This document shows, piece by piece, positions 49,223 to 62,975 of a stretch of 64,000 bases of DNA. This DNA comes from Takakia lepidozioides. Its lineage: Eukaryota; Plantae; Bryophyta. The first letter of the stretch is position 1. Every line of letters starts with the position of its first letter. The position numbers and the translations under genes are program-made. The notes under the pieces are model-generated. The model was not told the origin of the DNA, searched no databases, and worked only from the letters and a program-made list of their open reading frames with translations. Location: assembly GCA_030704615.1 (NCBI GenBank), contig CM060733.1:64480001-64544000 (forward strand). The letters run 5' to 3'.

Positions 49223-51980
49223 CTCTTGGTCAGCCTCAACCTGTCTGTATTGCTTGAAAGTATTCTCATTGCGACAGATTGTATTCTTCATATCAACAAG
49301 CATTTGGTATAACTGTTGTTTATGTGCTTCGTGCAACTGGTCCTGCGCGAGGCCTGCTTCAATCAAATGTCCATTGGCCAACTGCAAAGCAGCCTTTGTG
49401 TCCTCTAACTCTTGCTGTAACTTGAGATTGACCTCCTCATCGACCTTGTTTGCACACTCAGTGGCAAGTCGAGCCTCAAACTCCTTCCTGAGTTCCTCCC
49501 TCAAAGCTGCCAATTGGGTAGATGGAGCATGGGATTTCACATAAGTGCCCAACAAATTAAGTGTTCTGCTTATGGAACTCATAAGCATGGCCTGCTGAGG
49601 GTCATCATGGTGAGCTTGCTGCTGTTCTTCCTGATCCTCAACAGTGTGATGCCTCACCAACCATTCAGGCCATTGCCCCACCAGATTCTCTTCCTGAACC
49701 ACCTCATCCACCACAGGTGCTGCAGTGTCCTGATATGCTACCCTTGGTACCTCCATCACAGGTGTGGGTATTACATGCACAGCAGGGTTTTCCCTGGACA
49801 ACCGCTGCACCTCTGGAACCACTGATTCCCCTACCAAGCCAGAGTTTTCATAGAGAAGGTCACCCTTCTCAATTTCGGCCACGACCTGCTCTTTAGTGGG
49901 AATGTCCAACCTTTCTCCTTCCAGAGCAATTGGGGGTGATGTCACAGCATGTACTAACTGTGGAACCTCTAAAACAACTGAGTCAATTGGTTGTGGTGGC
50001 TGTGGTATCAAAGTGACTTCCTCTTCCATTTCCGAAGGCTGTGTTTCCAATAATAACAGCTCTCTGTGCTGCTGTGCCCCATCTTGCACAAGAGCTTGGG
50101 AAACATTATCGTGCGGTTTCCATGAAGCTAGTGGATCCGCCACTACAGTCATACCCCGCCTCTGTCTCTTAGATTGGTGTTGCCCTGCCAGTCCACCCTC
50201 ACTGTGTGAAGAGCCCTGCTCTTCAATTGCAGTGGTTTCTGCCTCAAACACTCCCATCTCCTTACGTTCCCGAGTATCAAGTATGCAAGAATCAAGAATT
50301 ATTTGGGCAATGACTGGACCGGACACAATGATCGGAGACTTAGCAGCAGTGCCCTGTAACCTCTTCATCTTGTCCACCAATCCGTTGTACATTAACTCCG
50401 CCCAAGCGACATCCTCTCCCCTCAAAGCTTTCAGGATCTCCTCTGTGAATGACCTGCTCAAATACTGTTGGTTCTGTTTCATGGCAAACAGAACGTTCAA
50501 TATTTGGCCGACTTCCCTAAGCCCTGGGTACTCGGCTTTGGTACAAGCGTAACCTTGAGTTTTAAAGAAACTCCCTTCTTGGAACAAATTCCCTATCTGC
50601 AATCTTGCCCTGTGCTCATCCACATCCACATGTCCTGATGGCAAATCAAACAATTGCTGCAGGTACTGGTGAGTAATTTCTATATCTACTCCCCTCACCT
50701 GAGTAACTCCCGTCCGAGGCTCAAAATTCTGAAGAAATTGTATCATGAACTGCCGATGATGCAAGGACCAGTCCTTGCGTAGCAGCCCCTCCAATCGCAA
50801 CTCCCTTAGCAGCTATACTGCCTGCGGTGCTGCAATTGTTTGCTTCTGCAGTATCGTGGTGCTCTTCACCCTGATATCCTCCATTCCCCTCACTCTCTTC
50901 ATTCTAGACAAACAAAAAGGCTTTGTTTGAAACAGCTGAAGGAAAGCTTGCAGGGCACAGAGCATGAAGGTATGGTTGGTACAAAATGGAACAGGTAAGT
51001 GCGTGTAAGCCTGTGGGGCTTGCAAGTAACGAGTGAGAGAAAATGTACTCTCAATGCTTCCGTCCTTGTGCCACTGCGTGAGAAGTAAAGCGAGTGTGTA
51101 ATCCATTACATCTGCCATAGCTACAAAACTAGTGCTTTGATTGCCCCTGCCGTCGAGACCTTGGCTATTCCGAGCCACCCCGACTCTTCCGCTCATAACA
51201 CTTCCTATTTCTTGTTCTTGTTTCTTGGAGGGACCTACCTGCCTGTAATTCACACTCCTGATTGGCTGTGGACTGCTTAGGTAATTTCTTAATTCCACCC
51301 CCCTCCATGGACATTCCCACTTGGAATGTCCAGTAGGACAGCACATGTGGCATAGGTTTTTTTTTTTTTTTTTTACTCGGAAAGGGTTCCGTTACCCTTA
51401 CACTGAATGCATTAATGGGCCCACAATTTGTATTAGTTGTTGTACCGGGTAGGTACTTTGACGGCCCGATTTGTCCTCTTGCATGATGAAACTCACTTTT
51501 GCAATCGATGCAGCGCGGTGTGCTTCGCCTTAGCGGCCACGTGTCCGTTTCTAAACATGCCCCCGACTTCCCCTCTCCGCGTGGCACATTCTCCAAGTTT
51601 GACTTCCAAACTTTTTCTTCACTTGATGGCCACTTTTCTAACGTTAATTCGTGTCCACCTGTCACGGACCCTATGGACTGTGTAACCTGTATGGGCTGTG
51701 TTGGGCTGTGACAGGCTGTGTGGCACTGTGGTGGACTGTGATAGGCTGTGTCACGCTGTGATGGGTTGTGATAGGTTGTGTGACACTGTGATGGGCTGTG
51801 ATAGGCTGTGTGACACTTGTACTTCCCACCCTGGTCATACACGCTCGGCTTAACGACAAGTGCTCCATACTCCGTTGGTATCACTGGCGCAGCCTCGTGA
51901 CTGCTTTTATGTTTCAACATGCAAATCGTGCTGCAATGGTTTGTCATGGATACCACTGTACCCCTTCAACTTATTGGCCT
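49223..51980 (-). mobile_element. Older Ty3/Gypsy relative (right piece): integrase tail, spacer, 5' part of extra ORF
   Basis: GCCAATAAGTTGAAGGGGTACAGTGG (rc at ~51953-51978) equals 43688-43715; the 546-aa ORF is homologous to 44830-46600. Confidence 0.9.
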
Positions 51981-54419
51981 CTTCTTCTTACATTTGGTGT
52001 TCGGGTCCTTCATGAACACCACGTGCTCTCCCTCATTGGCAACCCCACTGAACTGCACCAATGAGGCCAGCCATGTTGTTGCCTCCTGAAAACAAATAAC
52101 CCCTCCAAATTCAAAAAAAGAAACAAACAACAAAGAAAATCATGCATGCAAAGGAAAGGATAAAACACGGAACAAGGTGCGACAGTTGTACCTTTGCAAG
52201 CTTGTCCGACTTGCCCCCGGTGTGGCAGGGTCCCCGTTGCCGGATGTGCCCGCGCTATCCCCTCCCGGAGCACCACTGGAAGTAGATTCCAGATGTGGAG
52301 CATAGCCGGCGGCGGCGCCCCGTAGTCCAGGCCCTTCTTTGCTGACCGCTCAGGCTCAAGGGGCGGCGTCGCTGATTGGCTAGGCCACTCCAAACCGGCC
52401 CATACCTCCTCCCCCCCCCCAAAATGCGTATCAGAGTAGAAGCCCTCACCCGGTTTGACTTCTTCGAGGCGCTTCGCTATCTCAACCACCTCATTGGCCC
52501 TCCTCGTCTCCTTCTCCCTCATCAACAACATTGGGCTAGCAATGGAGGCTTTCAAAGGCCCTTGAACCTGATGTTGGGCCTTGGCAAGTGCAGCTTATGC
52601 TACGGAGGAAGGGGTCGCTATGGGGGTGACATCCAAAAGTTGCCCATACCGGGCCCCCGAACGGGTGATGTGCTTGCCAAGGTACATTTCACCCGTCTTG
52701 GTGGCCGGGGGTGTGCTCAACTGAGCATCCGGCTCAGCAACAACCTCCCGAATAGGAGAGCTGGCTGAGCCGGCCCCTAGCGCATCCAAGATGTGGACAA
52801 GAGGGGGGGTACTGGCCTCGGGGGGTAGACGAGCCCTCCGGCTGCGGCTGTCGACGGGGCTGGTTAACCGTGAGACGCCCTGGCGCGTCACACGTGCCGG
52901 CAGAGCAAATGGATTGTCCGCCCCTTTCTTTGGGGCACGAGACTTCTTCTCTTTCCCCAGAAGCTGGCACCTGTCATGCAAACCCACAAGTTGGCCTCAT
53001 TAGGAAACAACCTCTACATTCAAGATCAAAAAAAAAAAAAACCAAGCATGTCGGGGGTTGAGAGCAGCAAGTGCTCGGGGTCTCGAGAGGGGGCAACAAA
53101 GAGAAAAGAAAAAGGTGGGGGGGGGGGGGAAGTGACTGAGCACCACCACCAGCTGCTGAGCACCACGGGCTCAGTCCAAACCCCCCCCCCCCCCATTTTT
53201 ATTTTTTTTGGTTTCATGATCTCTCCCTCTCTCTCCCTCTGGACAATGGGTTTATGGAATTGTTGTCCCGACTTCCATCCTTGAGGAAATTGAATTTTTT
53301 TGTAAAATTGGGTTCCAGGGAATTTTGGATGTTTTTTATCAAATATTTTATTATTATTATTATTAATTTTTTAGTAAAATATTTCTTCACTAAAAAACCT
53401 GTGAGTTGCAAAACTCCCGTCAATTTCTACTTTTTCAATCCAACCTGGATGAAAAAATGACTTCATCTGACAGGACCTAAATACAGGGCAAGACAGGTTT
53501 AACCCCCCCCCCCCCCCCCCCCCTGTGTTTTTCATCTAACCTAGATGAAATACGGACTACATCTGTTGAGTGCAAGACAGGATGAAAGCACGATGTCTTT
53601 CATCTTCCACGAATGAGAAACAGACAACGTCCGTCGGGCGGACAGACTGGCGGATGTTTTTCATCCTGACAATGATGAATGACGGGCCAGACAGGGGAAA
53701 ACTCTGCGCAACCCTAATGTCTTTCTTTTTGCGCTGCGAGAGCGCGCGCGATGGCGGCTTCTGAGGAGCGATGGTGCTCGTGCTGCAGATACCTTGAGTT
53801 GCCAATCCTTGAGTGTTTATGGCTCCTGTGAGCGACGCCTGGGCGGGCTCTTTAAGGCGATGGCGGTGGCTTAGAGATGAGGGAAGATTCCCTGTCTTAG
53901 TTGTCTGTTTTTTTGCTGCACAAGGGAACCGCGGCAGTGATGGCGGAGGCACCACCTGCATGCCTATGACGTTTCCCTATGAGCCCTCCTCTGGATCTTT
54001 GATGAATGACGGCACAAGGAAGTCTCTCTCCCTCCCTTGATAAACCCTACCTTTTGAGACCAAGCTCTTTTTTTCTTGTGCTTGGCAAGACCTTGCTTTG
54101 GTTAAGGTAGCAGTGTTGTGGTGCTGGCGGAGTCCTCCCTGCACGGTTAGGCTTGTGGAGAGATGACGACTCTCCCCCAAACAGTAAAAAAGGTTTTTTT
54201 TTTCTGTTGGTTTTGTTTTCTTGCTTGCTTTGGCATTCTTTGCGCTTAGATTGAAGTGTATTTGACCTCGATAGCAAGTGTGGAAGCTTGCTACTCACCT
54301 CGTGCATCCTCACTAACTCACAATGCGTTGTGGTTGTTTTTGGGATGGGCACAGGTGAGGGCTTCCACTTAATATTCTGATGTCTAGGTGCTGCTGGATG
54401 CCAAGTGGGATTGCAGAGC

Positions 54420-57400
54420 AGGGGAAGGAATCGCTTGCCAGGGACTCATCCTAAAATGTTGAAAAACTAAACTACTCTATGGTTTTTCTTGATCCTGCCT
54501 CTTTCCTTCCTTGATTTTTGAAGAACAAGTGTAATGCTTTCTACGATGGGCTAGTTCGGCCCAGCCAGTGGAAAACCTCTGTTATGTTGTGACAGCTGGG
54601 TTTATGATGGCTTGTGTGAGAGACACACATCTGTTTTCCAAGCCCTAGTTTGCTTTGCTTACCTTATGGTACTTGGAAACAAATTGAAAGGCTGCAAGGA
54701 ACTGTTTGCTGCAGCTACTCGGGTACCTCTGTTGGTAAAAGGCCCCTGTTATGTTCCAACCCAGATGCCTTTGTTAGCTAGATGCTTAGGCCAAGGTATG
54801 GTGAAGTTTCTACCTGTGGCTATTCAGCTGACACTGAAATATGGCAGTAATATAAATGGTAACTGGTTTTTGAGGCAGCCAGGGTGGTCAAGTGGAAATA
54901 CCCCCTGGACATGGTGTAATGACATGGACAAATGTGGAATGATGTGAAGGGTGTACTGACAGTATCATATCCTGTCACAGGATGTGTATGCAATCTTTTA
55001 TATTTACCTTGTTGTGTCATGAGCTTTGATTTTCAGCTGTAGCAAGAAATAAAGGTATAGAGGTGTTCTGGAAAACTTACCAGACATATCCACATCCCCT
55101 GTGGGGGCAAGCTGTACTGCACACCAGTCTAAACAAATACTGGCAAGGCAAGGTATTTAAATCTGTGATATCCAAGTGTTGCTTTCTTTTTTAAGAAAAC
55201 CCTCCATGACACCCATGGGGTTTTAGTAAGTATGCTTGGATTACAGCTTGAGATAGTAAATCTGGATGACTATGTGACCTGCACCACATCAAGGCCAAAA
55301 ATGGCCAAGTACCCGCCATCCCACCCAGACCTCTGTAAGTGTATCATGATCTTGACTGGTGGTCAATCAGCATCAGTGGCATACTCTATGGATTATGAGT
55401 AATACAGACATGAACACATTACTGTGCATGGATGTAATTCTGGATTTTCTAAGCTTGATGATTGATGGATGGTGCCACTGTTAAGTGGCTGATATGTCTA
55501 TTTATTCTTTCATGACAATGACCCTAGCGGTCCTGTCTTTATCTTGACATGACAAAAAGTATCTTCCCTCTCTTTTTTGCTGCTCACAAAAATAAACAAA
55601 CCACAAGGGAGAGAGGGTGCAGAAAAAGTTAAAAAGATTGTACTCATAAGACGTTGTTTGCCGTAGCCTTGTGGCCATTAACCCCGTGCCCAGTTTGAGC
55701 GGAAACAAAAGGGACAAAACCTGCCTCTGTCAGGGGCTGATGTTGGTAGTAAGACTTACCTTCATATATAGAATTAATCTGGGTTTTCCATATATCCTCT
55801 AGAAATCCCTTCACACAAGCATCAATCTGCTGTGTGTGATTTGCCCAATAACTAGGCCTCAGGAGGGCCTGGGCTTTTGGCTCAGCCTTGAGACTTTCAA
55901 AGTTGGTAAACAGAAGTACAGGCACAATTCCCTTGATAGATTTGAAGAGAGCGTCTCTTTCGTGAGAGAACCCCAGACAGTGTATCAGAAAATGAGTATT
56001 GTCTTCAAATTGCCCACACAACGGGCAATTGCACTCTCCCTTTCCTCTCTGCTTATGTGTTCAAAGGTAGGCTTCCTGCCCTGAGTTTAAATTTCAGTCT
56101 AGTGCCGAGAGTGGGTAGACCCTTGAGGTCATCCAAGATGTCCTCTCCCATGTCACTGACTTGAAACAAGTTCAGGGAAGTTTTCTGCCTAACTTCATTT
56201 TCATCAGACAATCTCATGGCAACAGACATGGCTTTGGACACTACAGCCTCTAAGTCAGATTTATCAACCCATAATATTGCAGATCCGTACTCCAAGGCAG
56301 GTCTAATAATGCGACAAAGCATGGTTTTCTTAACCTCAGAGTTGACCCCTCTGCAGAAAAAGTTAAAAAGAGAGAGGGAAGATACTTTTTGTCATGTCAA
56401 GACAAAGACAGGACCCCTAGGGTCGTTGTCATGAAAGAATAATCAGACATATCAGCCACTTAACAGTGGCACCATCCATCAATCATCAAGCTTAGAAAAT
56501 TCAGAATTACATCCATGCACAGTAATGTGTTCATGTCAGTATTATTCATAACCCAAAGAGTATGCCAATTGACCACCAGTCATGATCATGATACACATTC
56601 AGAGGTCTGGGTGGGATGGCGGGTACTTGGCCATATTTTGGCCTTGATGTGTTGCACGTCAAACGGTCATACAGATTTACTGTCCGCAAGCTGTAATCCA
56701 AGCATACTTACTCAAACCCCATGGGTGTCATGGAGGGTTTTTTTTAAGAAAACAAAAAGAACAAAAAGAACACTTGGACATCACAGATTTAAATACCTTG
56801 CCCTGCCAGTATTTGTTTAGACTGGTCTGCAGCACAGCTTGCCCCCACAGGGAAGGTGGATATGTCTGGTAAGTTTTCCAGAATACCTTTATACCTTTAT
56901 TTCTTGCTACAGCTGAAAATCAAAGTTCATGACACAACAAAGTAAAGATAAAGGACTGCATACACATCATGTGACAGTATATGATACTGTCAGTACACCC
57001 TATTCACATCATTCCACATTGGACCATGTCATTACACCATGTCCAGGGGGTATTTCCACTTGACCACCCTGGCTGCCTCAAAAACCAATTACCAGTTATA
57101 TATTGCTGCCATATTTCAGTGTCAGCCGAATATCCACAAGCAGAATCTTCACCATACCCTGGCCTAAGCATCTAGCTAACAAAGCCATCCAGGTTGGAAC
57201 ATATGAGAGGCATTTGACCAACATGGGTACCTCAGAAGCTGCAGCAAACAGTTCCTTGCAGCCTCTCAGTTTGTTTCCAACAACCATAAGGTAAGAGCAA
57301 ACTAGGGCCTGGAAAACAGATGTGTGTCTCTCACACAAGCCATCATAAACCCGGTTGTCACAACAAAGCAGAGGTTTTCCACTGGCTGGGCCGAAATAGC

Positions 57401-57530
57401 CCATCGTAGAAAGCATTACACTTGTTCTTCATAAATAAAGGAAGGAAAGAGGTAGGATTAAGAAAAACCATAGAGTAGTTTAGTTTTTCAACATTTTAAG
57501 ATGAGTCCCTGGCAAGCGATTCCTTCCCCT
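54420..57530. repeat. Long inverted repeat: arms 54420-55578 and ~56365-57530, about 90% identical
   Basis: AGGGGAAGGAATCGCTTGCCAGGGACTCATC... versus ...GATGAGTCCCTGGCAAGCGATTCCTTCCCCT; collinear throughout. Confidence 0.92.
55638..56351 (-). mobile_element. 5'-truncated, internally deleted non-LTR retrotransposon (LINE) 3' end
   Basis: IRPALEYGSAILW (RT thumb region) and C..CGQFEDNTHFLIHC (C-terminal CCHC); flanked by 20-bp direct repeat TGCAGAAAAAGTTAAAAAGA (55618-55637, 56352-56371). Confidence 0.75.
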
Positions 57531-57825
57531 ACTTAATTTTCTTAAAGTCTCTACGTCTATGTACTGGATTATAGACAGTATCACGGACTTTACCCTGAAT
57601 TTACTTGACAAGGTACATAGCATATTTGTGGCTGACATCACCCAATGCTATGAGAATATACCCTTATCATGTGAAGATAACCTAGGTGCAGCCATTGCTT
57701 ATGTGATTAAAATTGCCTTTAAGCAATATCATGCATCTCGACCTAGGTCCCAGCATGTTTTATGGATCCAAGCAAATGAAGGAAAATTTGGGAAGTGTAG
57801 GTGGGGACCTACTTCCCCTAAACCT
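57531..57825 (+). pseudogene. Penelope-like element reverse transcriptase fragment
   Basis: YWIIDS..F..NL..IFVADITQCYENIPL..L..AI..VIKIAF resembles PLE RT motif-3 region (D...LY..IP). Confidence 0.55.
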
Positions 57826-58993
57826 GGCACCGCATTTCCGTTCTGACTGAAAATCGTGAAACATCGGAACTGAAATGCGGTACCGCATTTCCGTTCTAGA
57901 ATGTCGGAAGGTCCGACTCGGACGGAAATGCGGTGCCGCATTTCTGTTCCCGTTGTTCATAATTCTCAATCAGAACGGAAATGCGGTACCGCATTTCAGT
58001 TCCGATGTTTCACGATTTTCAGTCAAAACGGAAATGCGGTGCCGCATTTCCGTTCCACAGCTCCATGCCTCACATACAAAACGGAAATGCGGCGCCGCAT
58101 TTCCGTTTTGGAATGTCGGAAGGTGCGACTCCGACGGAAATGCGGTACCGCATTTCAGTTCCGATGTTTCACGAGTTTTCGTCAGAACGGAAATGCGGTG
58201 CCGCATTTCCGTTCTGGAATGTCGTGAGGTGCGACTCGGATGGAAATGCGCTGCCGCATTTCAGTTCCGATGATTCACGATTTTCAGTCAGAACGGAAAT
58301 GCGGTACCGCATTTCCGTTCTGGTTAGTATGAATGTCTCAAGCGGTCGGAATTGCACTCGGCTCCACGCATCAGATACAAAACGGAAATGCGGCGCCGCA
58401 TTTCCGTTCTGGAATGTCAGAAAGTACGACTCGGACGGAAATGCAGTGCCGCATTTCTGTTCCCGTTGTTCATAATTCTCAAGCAGAACGGAAATGCGGT
58501 ACCGCATTTCCGTTCCACCTTCACATACCGTGCTTGCTGGATGGAAATGCGTTACCGCATTTCCGTTCTGGAGAGTATGAAGGTCTTGTGAGGACGGAAA
58601 TGCGGTAACGCATTTCTATCCCTTAGCTCCATGCGTCAGATATAAAACGGAAATGCGGCGCCGTATTTCTGTTCTGGTATGTCGGAAGGTGCGACTCGGA
58701 CGGAAATGCGGTGCCGCATTTCTGTTCCCGTTGTTCATAATTCTCAATCAGAACGGAAATGCGGTACCGCATTTCCGTTCCACCTTCACATACCGTGCTT
58801 GCTGGATGGAAATGCGTTACCGCATTTCCGTTCTGGAGAGTATAAAGGTTTCCCCCAGACGGTAACTCTGTGCCGCATTTCCGTCGCTCTTGTGCATGAC
58901 CAAGATGCAAAACGGAAATGCGGCGCCGTATTTCCGTCCAGCAGCAATCGAAAGAATCACTCCGGACGGAAATCTGGAACCTCATTTCCGCAT
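57826..58993. repeat. Subfamily-B palindrome array (duplicate)
   Basis: Same units and order as 11840-12965, preceded by one inverted unit. Confidence 0.93.
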
Positions 58994-59371
58994 GCTGAAC
59001 CTGAATGGGTTGCATTGTTCCGAAACAACACAATTACGGCCAGTCTTGATGAGCACAACTTGGTTGTCTGACCGTTTTAACTAAAAGTACCGGCACTTGT
59101 CAGTGCGAACGTTCCTGTCTGCACCGAGAATACTGCTGGATCCACCCTCAGGAGAAACTGTCAGGAGATGTTATTTCGTCACCGAATCGGCCATCATTGT
59201 CTAACTTACTGGCTATGGAATCACACCTCCCACCTTCATGCATGTAGCTTGAAACAATACTTTCCACTTCAATGTGCGACTTCCAATTGTCGATGGACTC
59301 CGCATGGTGCCTGTGAGCCTTGCTCTGTCGCTATACTGAACCTCGCACTTGCCAACTTCGTGCGGTCTTCG

Positions 59372-62300
59372 ATGGCTCCGAATTCCTACGCTATAGTTTG
59401 CTGTCCTCCGCAACTTGGGAGAGCCTGGATCCCAAACGAGGGAGGACTTTGCAGAGTGACTGAAACTTACCTTTGTTCCAAATTCAAGCTCAAACCGGGC
59501 ACAGTTTATTTGGAAGAAGAAAGGAAGGATGTTCCTGGACAGGTTGACGAGACCATTGTCGTGCTAGGTAATGACGGAGGTTGCAGAATCGAATGGCACG
59601 TACCCCCATCAGACACCATCCTGTACCGAGCTGTGGGAATGCCCATTCCCTTTCCGAATCAGTCGCTGCCCACACCATCCACAAAGGAGTCCGGAAACCA
59701 ACAGGCGGCCACTGCCAACAGAGAGGTATGCAACGATAATCATTCCCGACCTGAACCGTCAAGACCCTCCATAGCTTCTCGTGTGGACGTATTCGACATT
59801 TCTGACGATGAAGATGAGTGCATTGAGGTCCCCATGTCCTCCACACGGTCGTTCAAATCCGAGATGGACGTCTCTGCAGGTGCTACGCATGTACCCTCGA
59901 GCATAACTCCAACCCGGTCCATTGTGCAGCTCCTACGGCAACATCACCTCGATGGTTCTCGCTCCGAGTTGGCTGCTCTCAACTATGCTAAATTTCCGGT
60001 CAGGAAAGTAACGTATCTGCCTCCCAAAGTCGATGGCAATGTCATCTTCGAGTTTCCACCTGTTACTTCCTCAAACAAAGCCTCAGGGATGTTAACAGAC
60101 ATGGATCGAAAGCATGACGGACACCCCTGGTGTGTGACGAAGACCAGTAGCACGAAAATTGCTGATGGTGTTCGTGTACGATACGTCCTCTATGCGGGGA
60201 AGCTGAGGTGCCTCAATCCCGCCTGCTTCCACTTTCTTTCCAAAGGAGGGCGGAGAAACGAGACGGATTGGACTGGCACAATGCATCATCCATTCATTGT
60301 CTCCAGCCAAGCTCCCGCGGGTACTTTCAAGTGCGCACATTGCAAAGAACCACCAACGTGCATGTCCATGTGCAGAGCCAAGCAATATTACGTTATCCAT
60401 TTGCTCCCGGACTTGACTAGAGCTTGCATACACGTTGGGGTCCATTGCCACCCCTTGGCGAGAGGCAACATGCGTGAGGCTGTGCAGGAAGCACACGACA
60501 TCATAAAAGAGGAGGTGAAATTGAGCCCCGGAGCCAGACCAAAGCAGATTCAGCTGAAGGCAGCCCACAAGATTGCTCTTGGCAAAATCATGTCTGAAGA
60601 TGGTTCAGACCGAGTGCCCTTGAACGAAGAGGAGATGCTTGACCTGTTGGAGTCCGTCTCGCACGTTTGTAGTCCGAATGTGCGGAATCACATCGTATCT
60701 TGCAAGCAGGAGTTCGGCCGGGGGTCGGACATGCACTCAATCCTGGAGGTGAAATGAATGACTGGATATGACTACATCCAAGGTAGCAGGTTTCCAGGGC
60801 AAGGCAGCGAATCCGATCGTTGTTACATTTTTAAAATGTCGACGTGTGGGCCTGGGAGTGGAGTCGACTTGGTCACTCGCATGACAACTGGAAACTTGTC
60901 GAATGCTTGGGTGATGTTTGATCACATCAAGCGAATTACAAACCATCAGTGGGTGACTATGGGTACGCATGTTTATGACTATCACTCCAAGAGGCTCATG
61001 ACAATTGCAATGTGCGAGATGAAAGGGGAGGACACACAGTCGGAGATGCATCTGTGGGAGGGCATAAACAAGCAGATGGCAAGGGCGGGATTGCCAGAGC
61101 CCAATTTCAGGGGATTCATGGCAGACAACGCTCAGGCCAACTGGGCAGCGGTGCGGCGTGTGTACGGTGAGGACCCCAATGTTCCAATGGAGGGGAAAGA
61201 GAGATCCTGTGGATTCCATTGGATGCAGAGTCTATCCCACTACACTACCAAATTTGTTGCTAGCTCATTCCAGGCTGAACACCGTGTCCTTTGTACGGCA
61301 TGGAAGGATGCACCCACATTTGATGACGCGGAGGTTAAGTTTGCTATCATCGAGGCTTGGTGGAACACGTCAGGTGCAGTGGAGACAACCAATCTGGGAG
61401 CCTTGCACAGCTGGTTGGGGTGGTGGCATTTCCAGTATCGACAGTTCGGACAGTACATGCGGGAGGTATGATGCTGTCATTTTCGTGCAATTGTCTTTCT
61501 ATTACGGACCTTTCCATTGGTTCCTCACCATTGTCTGTGTCCTTGTAGGAGCGGTGCTTGGATTCCGACACGGACATGCCGAACACGAATATGGCAGAAT
61601 CAGTGCACTCCTCCTGGCGAGCGTCTTCTGCCGCACATCTGGTGGACGTAGTGACGGCCACAACGGAGGACATCAACAGAGCAATCATGCAGCAAAGCCA
61701 CGTAGTACAAGTTCCTGAGCGGGAAACAATGGGGCTTTGGGCCGGACAGGGAGGAATTGTTGGTGCGAACAGCTTCGAGGTCGAAGAATCCATTGAAATG
61801 GGCGACAGCATTGCGAGAGAAGATCAAAGGGACGCCTCTGCACCGCAGAGGTGAGCACCTAGAGGGGGACGTCCGTACTCGCCCTGTGAGGCGGAGGATT
61901 GAAGAGGAACCCGGGTGCGAAGAGGATTCCTGGAGATCCGACAGGAACATTCGGACAGCACCTCGAGGGCCCGTCATGTTGGCGCACAATGTGTCTTCCA
62001 GCAGTGGAAGCCCTCGCAATTCCAGATCGCCATCGCCTTCAAGCGGGGATTCCATGCGAGAAATTCCCACCGCTTGCTTGCCCCAGATTCCGCCCTCTGT
62101 TATGCAGTATGGCCAAGCCATTGTGGAGACGACTGTGTCTGCGTCACAGTTGAGAATTGCTCGCACAAAGCCGTTGTTTTGAGGCAGGTGTTCCGCAATT
62201 CGAGTGGATACACGGCAACGTTGTTTAGAGATGATAAGGAGGAATCCAGATGGTGTTGTCTCTGCTCCTACTTTTACAGGAAGATTTGTCCATGCAAAGT

Positions 62301-62975
62301 TTGCGGAGGCGACAACCACCCAGTTTTGGTTCTGCAGGCATGACATTATGACTTGCGTGTATGGAAAGCCCAAGTACGGCATACAAACAATGCCAGAGGC
62401 TCCCCCGGGCCGGTGGAACCAGGCTGCGATCTGAGTCAGGATGAGGCCGACGCCCTTACCGCCGCAGGATTTCGGATGGTGCAGCGCACTGACGTCCCCA
62501 GACAACCATTTCCGCTTCCACAGCCTCCACCACCAACCCCTATGAGAGCAAGAACAATGGGACCCGACAGCTCTAAGCATCCTACACACGGTTGGGGGAA
62601 ACCGAAGAGGCGGTGACCTCCCTCAAAAGTGAACGAGACAAGGATGGGGAATGCACTTCGGATGAACTGTACAATCCAGAGCTCGACAGAAGTGCCCCCA
62701 CCAGGCTTCGGGCGTGTGTATCAGATGGCCACGGCAGGCTCAGCTGTTCGCAATGAGGTGTACACCATCACCATTTCAGAATTACCCACCTGCAATTGCA
62801 CCGACTTTCAGATCATGGCGAACAAGGGGCATCATACTGCCCTTGCAAGCATCTGTACTACGTGTACCTAAAGAGACTCCGGTGTAATTCCACAACTCAT
62901 CACTTCATACATGCACCAGGGTTGAGCCCCCAAGAGGTGCACACTCTTCTGAATATGGATCCAGGGGACCAGTGA
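59372..62975 (+). pseudogene. MULE transposase (duplicate of 13339-16947)
   Basis: Same motifs; shares TGA stops (60755, 62614) with the first copy but lacks three of its other stops. Confidence 0.92.

Noticed and set aside
52010-52987. Two in-frame minus-strand ORFs separated by one stop (possible pseudogene)
   Set aside because: No recognisable domain or homologue in the window; cannot support a call
53430-53570. Possible DNA-transposon termini (AAATACAGGG / CCCTGTGTTT, TTAA before a poly-C run, GATGAAA/TTTCATC motifs)
   Set aside because: No partner end or TSD could be identified
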